From contig CAVGEJ010000004.1 in NCBI GenBank assembly GCA_963628215.1, positions 1 to 44,404 on the forward strand: a DNA stretch of 44,404 nt. The letters run 5' to 3'. This document shows, one piece after another, positions 35,555 through 44,396 of the stretch. The stretch is from Eubacterium sp. CAG:180. GTDB lineage: Bacteria; Bacillota; Clostridia; Oscillospirales; CAG-272. The translations under genes and the position numbers were made by a program. The notes under the pieces were generated by a model that had not been told where the DNA came from, ran no database searches, and saw nothing but the letters and a program-made list of their open reading frames with translations. The number at the start of each line of letters is the position of its first letter. Position 1 is the first letter of the stretch.

Positions 35555-35564
35555 CCTTTCGGAA

Positions 35565-37619
35565 TCAGCCCTGCTGTTTGTTCTCCTCGATGATCTTTGC
35601 CGCGAGGTTGGCGGGAACGGTGTCGTAGCCGGTTACCGCAAAGTCAAACGAGCCTCTTCCCTGCGTCATGGCGCGCAACGTGATCGGGTAGTCCAACAGT
35701 TCCACCTTCGGCGCGATTGCCTGAATGGTGGTATAGCCCTTATGCGCCGCAGGTTCCATGCCCATCACGCTGCCGCGGCGTTTGTTCAGGTCGCCCATCA
35801 CATCGCCCACCAGACTGTCGGGCACTGTCACCTGCAGATCCCCCACAGGCTCCAGAATCACAGGACCTGCCTGCTCCAACATCTTCTTATATGCCAGAGA
35901 AGCCGCCGTTTTGAAAGAAATTTCGTCCGAGTCGACCGCATGGTAAGAGCCGTCGTAGAGATCCGCCGCGAGACGCGTCATCGGGAAGCCCGCAACGCCC
36001 TTCTGCATTGCCTCCTGAATGCCCTTTTCCACTGCGGGATAGAAGTTCTTCGGCACAGTTCCGCCCACAACCGAAACGGTGAAGGTCAGCCCCTCGTCCT
36101 CTCCCGGCGCAAAGCGCATTTTGACGTGCCCGTACTGTCCCGAGCCGCCGTTCTGCTTCTTGTGCTTGCCTTCCACGTCTACCGACTTGGTAATCTTTTC
36201 GCGATAAGCGATCTTCGGCGTGTCGTATTTGATATTCAGCCCGAAGCGGCTCTTCAGCCGTGCGGCAAGAACCGCCAGATGAACCTCGCCCAAGCCGTAG
36301 ATCAGAAGCTGCTTGGTTTCGGGGTTGTTCTCAAACCGCAGGGTGTAATCCTCTTCGACCATCTTTGCGATGCTCTGGGAGATCTTGCCCTCGTCGCCTT
36401 TGGAGGCGGGGGTCATACCCTTGACGTAATACGGTTTCGGGAACACGATTCTGCGGTATTCAAACGCCTTGTTCCATGTCAGCGTATCGTTCGTGTTCGT
36501 GTTGTTCAGCTTTGCCACCATACCGATGTCTCCGCAGGCAAGTTCTTCGACCTCGGTCTGCTTCTTGCCGCGCACGGTATAGATGTGCGCCAGTTTCTCG
36601 TTGTCGCCCGTGGTGTTGTTGCGCAGGGTCATGTCGCGGCGGATACTGCCGTTCATCACCTTGAAGAAGGACATTTTTCCCACAAACGGGTCTGCAACCG
36701 TTTTGAACACGAAAATTGCGGGCTCTCCTTCGGGAACGATATCAATCTTTTCGCCGTCCGTCAGCGTTTCCTGCTTCTTGGCAGTGTGGCGCGGGAAGGA
36801 CTCGGTAATCTTATCAAGCATTGTCCAAACGCCCCACAGCTTGGTTGCCGCGCCGCAGAATACGGGCACGATCTCGCCGTGAATGATGCCTTCGTGAACG
36901 GCATTGACCGCCTCCATGTGCGAAATCTCTTCGCCCTCGAAGTACTTCATCATCAGATCCTCGTTGGTGCTTGCAACCGCTTCCATCAGCATATCGCGGT
37001 ACTTTGCGGCGGCTTCCTTCGATTCTTCGGGGATCATTTCCACGCTGTGGCGACCGTTTGCGTCAAAGACGTGCGCGGTCTGATCGATCAGGTCGATTGC
37101 GCCCACCACTTCGCCGCCGCGCACCATCGGAATGGTCAGCGGGCAGACATTTTTACCGAAGGTCTCGTGAAGCGAATCCAATACGCGACCGAATCTTGCT
37201 TCGTTGTCGTCAAATTTATTGATGAAGAACGCATGGGGCAGACCCGCCGCCGTGACGGAATCCCACGCCAACTCCGTTCCGACCTCGATACCCGCCTTGC
37301 CGTCCACCACGATAATCGCGCTGTCGGCAACGCGGAGCGCCTGCACGACCTCGCCCGCAAAATCCAGATATCCGGGCGTGTCAATGACATTGATCCTGAT
37401 ATCCTTCCACATCATCGGCGCAACGGAAGCCGAAATCGAGATTTTTCTGGAAACCTCTTCCGTATCGTAGTCACAGACTGTATTTCCTGCGGTTACTGTT
37501 CCGAGTCTGTCCGTTTCTCCCGTCAGGTAGAGCATTGCCTCCGCGAGGGAAGTCTTTCCGCTTCCGCCATGCCCGAGCAAGGCAATGTTTCTGATGTTCT
37601 TTGTTTCAATCTTAGCCAT
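35565..37619 (-). CDS. elongation factor G paralogue (EF-G2-like translational GTPase)
   Basis: 684 aa. G1 GHGGSGKTS (not the canonical AHIDAGKTT), G3 DTPGYLDF, G4 NKFD. The N-terminus resembles recalled Thermus EF-G2. Monocistronic and not in an str operon context. Confidence 0.85.
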   Translation of the reverse strand: MAKIETKNIRNIALLGHGGSGKTSLAEAMLYLTGETDRLGTVTAGNTVCDYDTEEVSRKISISASVAPMMWKDIRINVIDTPGYLDFAGEVVQALRVADSAIIVVDGKAGIEVGTELAWDSVTAAGLPHAFFINKFDDNEARFGRVLDSLHETFGKNVCPLTIPMVRGGEVVGAIDLIDQTAHVFDANGRHSVEMIPEESKEAAAKYRDMLMEAVASTNEDLMMKYFEGEEISHMEAVNAVHEGIIHGEIVPVFCGAATKLWGVWTMLDKITESFPRHTAKKQETLTDGEKIDIVPEGEPAIFVFKTVADPFVGKMSFFKVMNGSIRRDMTLRNNTTGDNEKLAHIYTVRGKKQTEVEELACGDIGMVAKLNNTNTNDTLTWNKAFEYRRIVFPKPYYVKGMTPASKGDEGKISQSIAKMVEEDYTLRFENNPETKQLLIYGLGEVHLAVLAARLKSRFGLNIKYDTPKIAYREKITKSVDVEGKHKKQNGGSGQYGHVKMRFAPGEDEGLTFTVSVVGGTVPKNFYPAVEKGIQEAMQKGVAGFPMTRLAADLYDGSYHAVDSDEISFKTAASLAYKKMLEQAGPVILEPVGDLQVTVPDSLVGDVMGDLNKRRGSVMGMEPAAHKGYTTIQAIAPKVELLDYPITLRAMTQGRGSFDFAVTGYDTVPANLAAKIIEENKQQG

Positions 37620-37720
37620 TGTGATACCCTTTTTCTGTGAACCTTTCTTCAGTTTAGCCGAAAATCAAACCGTTATGGATCGCAACGCACAAAACCGTGC
37701 GGATTTTCCTGCTTTCTTTT

Positions 37721-37749
37721 ATTATATCACACAAAAAAGGATTTTGCAA
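37721..37749 (-). promoter_or_regulatory. sigma-70 promoter of the EF-G paralogue
   Basis: On the minus strand: TTGCAA (37749-37744), 17-nt spacer, TGa-TATAAT (37726-37721). Leader of about 95 nt. Confidence 0.6.
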
Positions 37750-37810
37750 GAGCGAAATTGAACTCTATTACCGACGGGATGTAGAATTCCGTCGTCTCTT
37801 TTTGGCAGTT

Positions 37811-38647
37811 TTATACAAAATCAGCGATTCGGAACAGCTCTTCTGCGTTTTTCGCGGTCTTTTGCGCGGCAAATTCGGGGGAACAGCCCTTGACTTCCGC
37901 AAGAGACGCCAACGTATAAACCAACAGCCCCGAATGGTTCAGACTCCCGCGCATAGGGTGCGGCGCGAGGTAGGGCGCGTCGGTTTCCACCAGAATTCGC
38001 TCAAACGGGACTGCTTCCGCAACAGCCCGCACGCGCGCGGCGTTTTTGAAGGTCAGTGTTCCCGAAAAGGAAATATACCACCCGCGCCGCACCAGTTCAT
38101 GCGCCATTTCCGCGCTCCCGCTGTAGCTGTGGAACACGCCGCGCACATTCGGATGCCGCAGAACGGTTTCAAAACAGTCGCCGTGCGCTTCGCGGTCATG
38201 GATGATAACGGGAAGATTCAATTCTTCCGCCAGATCCAGTTGCGCTTCGAAAAAGCGCGTCTCCTTCGCCCGATCCATCGGGATATCCCCGTAATTTTCA
38301 TAGTGATAGTCCAATCCGATCTCCCCGAGCGCAACGATTTTATCCCGCCGCCGGCTCTCCGGAGTTCCGAGGAGCGCCCGCAGGCGATCCATGGCAATCT
38401 GCTCGTCGGGCAGGTAGTGGCAATCCTCGGGATGGATGCCGACTGCCGCAAACATTCCCGCATAGCGCGCCGCCTGTTTCACCGCCTCGGCGGAGTTTTC
38501 GGGGTTCGTGCCGACGTTGACGATATGCGACACGGGGTCTGGCAGAATCTGCGAAAGGATCGCATCCGCGCCGCCCGCCTCCGTCTCAAAACGGCGGTCG
38601 AAATAGTGCGCGTGGCTGTCAAAAATACCGTGAATCTGCGTTGCCAT
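37811..38647 (-). CDS. tatD: TatD-family metal-dependent hydrolase/DNase
   Basis: Start set at ATG 38647, with GGAGG 6 nt upstream, one nt after the gpsA stop. Motifs FDSHAHY, LGEIGLDYH, VIIHDREAH, FHSYSGS, ETDAPYL. Confidence 0.88.
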   Translation of the reverse strand: MATQIHGIFDSHAHYFDRRFETEAGGADAILSQILPDPVSHIVNVGTNPENSAEAVKQAARYAGMFAAVGIHPEDCHYLPDEQIAMDRLRALLGTPESRRRDKIVALGEIGLDYHYENYGDIPMDRAKETRFFEAQLDLAEELNLPVIIHDREAHGDCFETVLRHPNVRGVFHSYSGSAEMAHELVRRGWYISFSGTLTFKNAARVRAVAEAVPFERILVETDAPYLAPHPMRGSLNHSGLLVYTLASLAEVKGCSPEFAAQKTAKNAEELFRIADFV

Positions 38648-38648
38648 G

Positions 38649-39632
38649 TCAGACCTCCCGACAGCACTTGCCGTCAATCTCCCGCTTCAGGGAACGGCGG
38701 AACAGTCCGTCGATCTCCCCTTTCGCGTCCGCGCCCTCGTAAAGGACGCGGTAAACCGCGTCGCAGATGGGCAGATCGACCCCGTAGCGCGCCTTCAGCG
38801 TTTGCATGGCTGCGGCGGTGTAGTAGCCCTCGGCAAGCGCGGTGTACGGCTCGCCCTTCACAAAGGCTTCCCCGAAACTGCGGTTGTGGGAATACGGCGA
38901 AAAGACCGTTGCTTCGTAGTCGCCGAGGTGGCACAACCCGTAAGCGGAAAAGGGATTGCCGCCCATCGCCTCGATCAGGCGGGCAATCTCGCGCGTTCCG
39001 CGGCTCATCAGCGCGCCTTTGAGGGTGGAAAGCCCCATGCCGTCGAGAAAGCCTGCGGCAATGCCGATGACATTTTTGGAAGCCGCGCCGATCTCGTTTC
39101 CAAGCAGATCCTGCCCGTAATAGAAGCGGATCAGATCACCCGAGAAGGCGTCGACCAGACGGTTTTTGAGCGCTTCGTCGTCGCTATCGATGACCATGCA
39201 GTTCGGGATACCCGCATAGAATTCCTGAACGTGCCCAGGACCGAGCCAGACCGCAACGCCGTTTGACGGGTCGGTATTCTCGCGCACGATTTCGGAAAGG
39301 CGCTTGCCCGTGCCGATCTCGATTCCCTTCATGCAGAGGACAAAGGCGCGGTTTTGCAAATTCAGCGGGCGCAGTTCGTCCATGAGTCCGCGCAATCCTT
39401 GTGACGCGATGGCAAGAATCAGAACCTCCGCGCCCTGCGTGGCGGCGGAAAGATCGGTGGAGAGGCTGACGCTTTCGGGGAGTGCGAGCAGATCGTTTGC
39501 GCGCGTTTCGAGGAACGCCTGCATATGCCGTGACCCGGCGCGACCGTAAAGCGTGACGTTGTGCCCCCTGCGGTCAAGATACCAGGTGATCAGCGAACCC
39601 CATCTGCCGCAACCGATAACCGTAATATTCAA
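38649..39632 (-). CDS. gpsA: NAD(P)H-dependent glycerol-3-phosphate dehydrogenase
   Basis: Start set at TTG 39632, with AAAGGAG 7 nt upstream, giving (M)NITVIGCGRWGS (Rossmann GxGxxG at the N-terminus). The track start at 39767 adds 45 non-homologous residues across a hairpin. KGIE and NRSFG motifs present. Confidence 0.8.
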   Translation of the reverse strand: MNITVIGCGRWGSLITWYLDRRGHNVTLYGRAGSRHMQAFLETRANDLLALPESVSLSTDLSAATQGAEVLILAIASQGLRGLMDELRPLNLQNRAFVLCMKGIEIGTGKRLSEIVRENTDPSNGVAVWLGPGHVQEFYAGIPNCMVIDSDDEALKNRLVDAFSGDLIRFYYGQDLLGNEIGAASKNVIGIAAGFLDGMGLSTLKGALMSRGTREIARLIEAMGGNPFSAYGLCHLGDYEATVFSPYSHNRSFGEAFVKGEPYTALAEGYYTAAAMQTLKARYGVDLPICDAVYRVLYEGADAKGEIDGLFRRSLKREIDGKCCREV

Positions 39633-39652
39633 TGCGTGACTCCTTTCATTGG

Positions 39653-39677
39653 AAAACGGGACTGTGAGTCCCGTTTT
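39653..39677. terminator. palindromic terminator-like hairpin 21 nt upstream of the gpsA start
   Basis: AAAACGGGACT (39653-39663), a 3-nt loop, AGTCCCGTTTT (39667-39677). It has A and T tracts on both sides. Probably ends metG transcripts. A weak CATAAT (39686-39681, minus strand) would start gpsA mRNA inside the hairpin. Confidence 0.5.
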
Positions 39678-39894
39678 CTGAATTATGGAATGTTGGATGA
39701 TAAAAAGTGCAGATTTTTTCACGCTTTTTCTTTGCTTGAAGGAGGCGCAAAGAAAAAGACTTTGCAAAAAGAAACGCCGATTGGGGGATTTCGCCGCCTG
39801 CGGGCGGCGACCAGCGCTCCACGGCGCTGAACCCGTGCCGCCTTTTAGAAAAGGCGGGCGAAAATTTTAACCCAAATTCCCTTTTTTGCGTTCG

Positions 39895-41859
39895 TTATCT
39901 GACCCGTTCGCCGAGCGGGGTATCGTCGGAGAGGAACACCACGCGGACGGTTTCTTCTCCTGCGGCAAGAACCATGCCGTTGGACTCCACGCCGCACAGG
40001 GTTGCGGGCTTGAGGTTTGCAACCACAATCAGCTTCCGTCCGATCAGATCCTCGGGCTTATACCACTTTGCAATGCCCGACACGACCTGTCTCTGCTCAT
40101 AGCCGAGATCCAGTTGCAGTTTCAACAGCTTCTTTGCGCGCGGGACAGGCTCGCAAGCCAACACTTTGGCGGTGCGAAGTTCCACGTTCATGAAGTCCTC
40201 AATGCCGATCAGGGCGCATCCCTCCGGCTTCTCGGGTTTCTCGGGCTTCTCCGGCTCTTCCTTTTTCAGCGCCGCAAGCTGTGCCTGCCGCTCGGCTTCA
40301 AATGCGGCAAGTTTCTTTTCCTCGTCGGCTCTTGCAAACAGCACGCGGGAATCGCCCACGGTATCGCCTGCGCGGAGCGCGCCGAAGGTCTCGAGAGACG
40401 CAAAGTCGCGGCGGTCGGTGTTCAACTCGTTCAGAATTTCCTCTGCGGTTGCGGGAATGAACGGCAGGAGCATCACCGCGCCGAAGCGGATGGTCTCCAT
40501 CAGATTATAGAGCACCGTGCCCAAACGCCCGCGGTTCGCCTCGTCTTTGGCAAGACTCCACGGCGTGGTTTCGTCGATATACTTGTTCGCGCGGCTGAGC
40601 ATTGCGAAGATATGCTCCAGTGCGTCGGCGATATGGAACGCATCCATTTCCGCCTTCATATCGGCAAATGCGGAGAGACAGGTCTCCTTCAGTTCGCGGT
40701 CGCTCCCCTCTTCGCCCTGCGGCGCGGGAATGACCTTGCCGAAATACTTCTTCTCCATATCCAGTGTGCGCTTGACCAGATTGCCGAGGTTGTTGACCAG
40801 ATCGGTGTTATAGCGCTTGATCACCGCTTCATAGGTGATCGAACCGTCGCTTGTAAAGGGCATTTCGGAAAGCGCATAGTAGCGCACGCCGTCCACCGTG
40901 AAATGCTCCGCCAACTGATCTGCGTAGATGACGTTGCCCTTGGATTTCGACATCTTGTCCGTTCCGAAGTTGAACCACGGATGACCGAACACCTGCCGCG
41001 GCAGGGGCAGGTCGAGCGCCATTAAGAAGATCGGCCAATAGATGGTGTGGAAACGCAGGATGTCCTTGCCGATGATGTGCACGTCGGCAGGCCAGTAGCG
41101 GCGGAAATGCTCCGACTGCTCGGCATAGGTCTTGTCGGGGTCGTATCCAAGCGCCGTGATATAGTTGGTCAGCGCGTCCAGCCAGACATACACGACATGG
41201 CGGTCGTCGAAGTCGACGGGAATGCCCCACTTGAACGAAGTCCGCGACACGCAGAGATCCTGCAAGCCCGCCTTGAGGAAGTTGTTGACCATTTCTTTCT
41301 TCCGCAACTCGGGCTGAATGAAGTCGGGGTGCTCGTCAATGTAGGTCATCAGGCGGTCGGCATACTTGCTCATTTTGAAGAAGTACGCCTCCTCCTTTGC
41401 CTGCGTGAGCGGCGCGCCGCAGTCGGGGCACTTGCCGCCCTCCGCCTGCGTTGCGGTGAAGAAGGATTCGCAGGGCGTGCAGTACCAACCCTCGTATTCG
41501 CTCTTGTAAATGTCCCCCTGCTCATAGAAGCGGCGGAAGATTTTTTGAACGGTTTTGACATGGGCTTCGTCGGTTGTGCGGATGAAGTAGTCGTAGCTTG
41601 CGTTCATCAGATCCCAGACCCCGCGGATCTCGCCCGAAACGCCGTCCACATATGCCTGCGGGGTGATCCCCTTTTCTTTGGCGTAATTTTCGATTTTCTG
41701 CCCGTGCTCGTCCGTTCCCGTGCAGAAAAAGACGTCCTTGCCGAGCGCCCGTTGATAGCGCGCAACGGCGTCCGCCATAATCACCTCGTAGGTGTTGCCG
41801 AAGTGCGGCTTGCGCGAAGCATACGCAATCGCGGTTGTCAGATAGTAGCTTTCTTTCAT
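39895..41859 (-). CDS. metG: methionine--tRNA ligase with a C-terminal tRNA-binding (Trbp111/EMAP-like) domain
   Basis: Start set at ATG 41859 (MKESYYLTTAIAY), with GGAGG 8 nt upstream. HFGN (HIGH-type) and KMSKS motifs. Zinc knuckle CTPCESF...CPDCGA. C-terminal VVSGIAKWY...VVANLKPATLCGVESNGMVLAA. Confidence 0.92.
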   Translation of the reverse strand: MKESYYLTTAIAYASRKPHFGNTYEVIMADAVARYQRALGKDVFFCTGTDEHGQKIENYAKEKGITPQAYVDGVSGEIRGVWDLMNASYDYFIRTTDEAHVKTVQKIFRRFYEQGDIYKSEYEGWYCTPCESFFTATQAEGGKCPDCGAPLTQAKEEAYFFKMSKYADRLMTYIDEHPDFIQPELRKKEMVNNFLKAGLQDLCVSRTSFKWGIPVDFDDRHVVYVWLDALTNYITALGYDPDKTYAEQSEHFRRYWPADVHIIGKDILRFHTIYWPIFLMALDLPLPRQVFGHPWFNFGTDKMSKSKGNVIYADQLAEHFTVDGVRYYALSEMPFTSDGSITYEAVIKRYNTDLVNNLGNLVKRTLDMEKKYFGKVIPAPQGEEGSDRELKETCLSAFADMKAEMDAFHIADALEHIFAMLSRANKYIDETTPWSLAKDEANRGRLGTVLYNLMETIRFGAVMLLPFIPATAEEILNELNTDRRDFASLETFGALRAGDTVGDSRVLFARADEEKKLAAFEAERQAQLAALKKEEPEKPEKPEKPEGCALIGIEDFMNVELRTAKVLACEPVPRAKKLLKLQLDLGYEQRQVVSGIAKWYKPEDLIGRKLIVVANLKPATLCGVESNGMVLAAGEETVRVVFLSDDTPLGERVR

Positions 41860-41863
41860 GTTT

Positions 41864-42640
41864 TCATCCTCCGATCGAAGCATCGTCAATAGTAGCGCCG
41901 CCCGTCAGCATTCGCCACAGGCGGAAATAGGAAATCAGCATGCGCGGCAGAATGTCCGCGAGCAGATAAATCAGAACCGAGAGCACAGACAGAATCAGGT
42001 GCGGCAGAAAATGCCCCCAATACCAAGCCCCCGCACGTCGCGCGCTTCCGGCGCATGTTTGCCCGTTTCCACGGCGAAAGACCGCAAAAATCCAACGGAA
42101 GCCGCCGAGAAGCAGGAAAATCAGCAGGCAGTCCGCAGCCACCGCCGCGAGCGCAACCAGAACCCAACGCAATAGCTGTTGTCCCGCAAAGCCCGCAAGC
42201 ACCGCAACCGTCACACGCGGCGCGGCATACAGCGCGGCAAGCGGGAGCGCCAAGCACAGCCCCACGCGCAGAGCGGAACGGTAAGCCGCGCCGCTTGTAA
42301 AGGCATGGAACACGTCCGCAAGCGCGGTTTCCTCGTCCGCCTCCATTCGCTCGGCGAGATAGAACAGCCCCGATGCGAGCGGGAGCGTGAGGAACAGGGT
42401 CCGCAGGAACAGGAGCACCGCGACCCCGCCGGAAATCAGCGCCGCGCCCCCTGCGGTCAAGCCGTCAAGTGAGAGCAGAAGCCCCGCAAGCTGAAGCAGG
42501 AGCAGATACGGCAGGGCGGCGGTTGCAACAATCAGCGTTGCCGAAATGAGACGTAATCGGTTACCGTCGCGCGACAGGATCGCCGTTGTGTCCCGCCATA
42601 ATTCGCGCCAAGTCTCCGCCGACAGCGTTTTTTGCTTCAT
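41864..42640 (-). CDS. polytopic membrane protein of unknown function, co-transcribed with metG
   Basis: 258 aa with about six hydrophobic segments. GGAGGGAGG RBS. Its stop lies 4 nt before the metG start, and the metG SD lies inside its 3' end. Confidence 0.65.
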   Translation of the reverse strand: MKQKTLSAETWRELWRDTTAILSRDGNRLRLISATLIVATAALPYLLLLQLAGLLLSLDGLTAGGAALISGGVAVLLFLRTLFLTLPLASGLFYLAERMEADEETALADVFHAFTSGAAYRSALRVGLCLALPLAALYAAPRVTVAVLAGFAGQQLLRWVLVALAAVAADCLLIFLLLGGFRWIFAVFRRGNGQTCAGSARRAGAWYWGHFLPHLILSVLSVLIYLLADILPRMLISYFRLWRMLTGGATIDDASIGG

Positions 42641-42671
42641 GCGCTCCCCTCCCTCCGTAAAATCACCTTAT

Positions 42672-42700
42672 ATTATACCAAATCGTGGAACATTTTACAA
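42672..42700 (-). promoter_or_regulatory. sigma-70 promoter of the membrane-protein/metG operon
   Basis: On the minus strand: TTGTAA (42700-42695), 17-nt spacer, TGg-TATAAT (42677-42672). Confidence 0.6.
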
Positions 42701-42730
42701 TAGCTTTTGCGGATTTTCTTTTGATTTTGC

Positions 42731-42770
42731 CAAAAAACAATCGCACCGCCGACCAAACGGTCGGCGGTGC
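42731..42770 (-). terminator. intrinsic terminator of the TasA-like gene
   Basis: GCACCGCCGACC (42743-42754) pairs with GGTCGGCGGTGC (42759-42770). On the minus strand the hairpin is followed by GATTGTTTTTTGG. Confidence 0.8.
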
Positions 42771-42791
42771 TTGATAGAATTCGTGAAAAAA

Positions 42792-44396
42792 TTACTTGAC
42801 GGTGACAAAATCGGGCTTATACGCGGTGGCAGATTTCCATCCAACGCTGAGCTGTGCGCCGTTCAGGGTGTTGCCGGAAACCGTGAAGGTTGCCCCATCA
42901 GCCATTGCGGTCTTGCTGGGGTTGAAGAAGGTCAGCAGGGCGTTTGCGCCTGTAACCTCATTGCCGCTGATCACAACATCACCAAGCGTAGAGGCATCGG
43001 TAATATCGGAGAACATAATAGCATCATTCTTCGGTTCGCCATCCTTATTGGCAGAGTTGGTCAGGCTCATATCAAACTTGTTGTCCGTGATGGTGATATT
43101 TGCGCCGGAGACAGTCTGCTCAACAACCTTGATCGGGCGGGAAGCCTTGAAGGTGCAGTTCTTGATCGTCACATCGCAGGAGTTGATATTGCAGAACCAC
43201 AGCGGGTTGGAATCGTTGGGACTTGTCTTGTTCTCATAAGCATTGAAGGCGCAACCGTCAAACGTGAGACTGTCGGCAAGGAAGCCGCCGTTCTGAATCC
43301 AGATACCGTTGAAGGTGCTGTGGTCAAACAGAACGCTCTGAATCTTGTGAGATGCAACGCCGCCGCCCAGAGTCTGGTTGTCGTTCCAACTGAAGTAGCA
43401 ACGGAAATAACCGTTCACGGTGAAATCTTTGGTAAATACAATGTTGGAAGCATCGGGAATGACGAAACCGAGGGAGTGCGAATTGCTCTGAAGCAGTCCG
43501 CCTTCAGGATTATCCTTGACCGAGCCGCTGATATAAAGGTTGATACCCGCCTTATTGGAGTTAGCAAGATAAATATTCTTGCTTGCATTCCAAACGCTCG
43601 TAACAACTCTGCCGTCATCGAGTTCCTGCCCGACAGTATAATCACCGGTCACGGCAGTATAGATATCAGCCATGCTCTTATTACCGATGGTAACGCCGCC
43701 ATCCTTGAGAGAGACCTCGCCGATGTTCAGATACACATTCTTGATTCCCTCGGGAATCTCGGTCAACGCGTTGAATTCCTTCAACGTGTAGAACGCGGTA
43801 TCTTTTCCTGCGTTTTCATCGTAGGTTTCGTCCTTGCTGTCCTTTTCAGACATCGCTTGCGTTGCATAGACCATAATGCTGATACCGTCAATGCTCAAGC
43901 CCTGATATTCGTTGCCTGCGGTCTCGGACATTTTACCCGTGATGGTAAATTCAGCCGTGCCGTTCGGAGCAAGCATTTTTTCCGTGCCGTCTGCTACTTC
44001 GCCGATCGTCCAGTCGATTACCTTGTTGAGTTCCGCATCGCCTTTAATGCCGGAAATCATAACCTTGTACTTGATTGCCAGATTGCCGTTGTTGACCACG
44101 CGCAGATCGGGCAGGCGGTATGTACAACCCGGCTCCCAATAAATCTTGGTCTCCTCTGCGGGAATCTCGCCGCCAACAAGGAATTGCAGGGTCTTGCCCT
44201 CTGCGGACACCCACTTGCCGTCGTTGTCCTTCATTTCGAGCGCCACGTCAAGCGTACCTGCCTGAATGGTGTTCACCGAGGTGGTCGCGGTGTCGGTAAA
44301 CCACGCATAGGTGGAACCGACGAGCATCGAAACGCAGAGCAGCATAGAAAGCAGGCTCAGGATCAACGCTCTTTTGGTTGAAACGTGCTTTGTCAT
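42792..44396 (-). CDS. secreted TasA/CalY (camelysin, M73)-like N-domain with a SipW-type signal peptide, fused to a beta-helix-like C-terminal domain
   Basis: 534 aa. The N-terminus LLCVSMLVGSTYAWFTDTATTSVNTIQAGTLDV matches the SipW-cognate signal/TasA motif. WEPGCTYRL...VVNNGNLAIKY and NEYQGLSIDGISIMVYATQ parallel TasA LKPGDKL...ENNGSLAIK and NKYQGNSIKLQFSFEATQ. The C-terminal roughly 340 aa is rich in short N/G/T/V-rich repeats typical of parallel beta-helices. Only 8 nt of upstream sequence are in the window. Confidence 0.75.
   Translation of the reverse strand: MTKHVSTKRALILSLLSMLLCVSMLVGSTYAWFTDTATTSVNTIQAGTLDVALEMKDNDGKWVSAEGKTLQFLVGGEIPAEETKIYWEPGCTYRLPDLRVVNNGNLAIKYKVMISGIKGDAELNKVIDWTIGEVADGTEKMLAPNGTAEFTITGKMSETAGNEYQGLSIDGISIMVYATQAMSEKDSKDETYDENAGKDTAFYTLKEFNALTEIPEGIKNVYLNIGEVSLKDGGVTIGNKSMADIYTAVTGDYTVGQELDDGRVVTSVWNASKNIYLANSNKAGINLYISGSVKDNPEGGLLQSNSHSLGFVIPDASNIVFTKDFTVNGYFRCYFSWNDNQTLGGGVASHKIQSVLFDHSTFNGIWIQNGGFLADSLTFDGCAFNAYENKTSPNDSNPLWFCNINSCDVTIKNCTFKASRPIKVVEQTVSGANITITDNKFDMSLTNSANKDGEPKNDAIMFSDITDASTLGDVVISGNEVTGANALLTFFNPSKTAMADGATFTVSGNTLNGAQLSVGWKSATAYKPDFVTVK

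Noticed and set aside
35544-37640. 698-aa plus-strand ORF antisense to the EF-G paralogue. Similar long antisense ORFs occur at 29709-31526, 31430-32692, 24796-26385, 22965-23888, 21216-22808, 19086-20156, 39886-41025, 41047-41892, 42546-44381, 13557-14603 and 37697-39022.
   Set aside because: Each lies opposite a gene with clear catalytic or topological motifs. Their compositions are Arg/His/Gly-rich and low in complexity, and none has a plausible RBS or promoter.
39561-39870. 89-aa and 61-aa plus-strand ORFs in the metG-gpsA spacer
   Set aside because: They are translations of consecutive GC-rich hairpins, with no RBS, and they run antisense to the flanking operon direction.
41860-42700. 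T-box or other leader regulating metG
   Set aside because: metG starts 4 nt after the upstream membrane-protein gene, and the operon leader is only about 30 nt. That leaves no room for a T-box.
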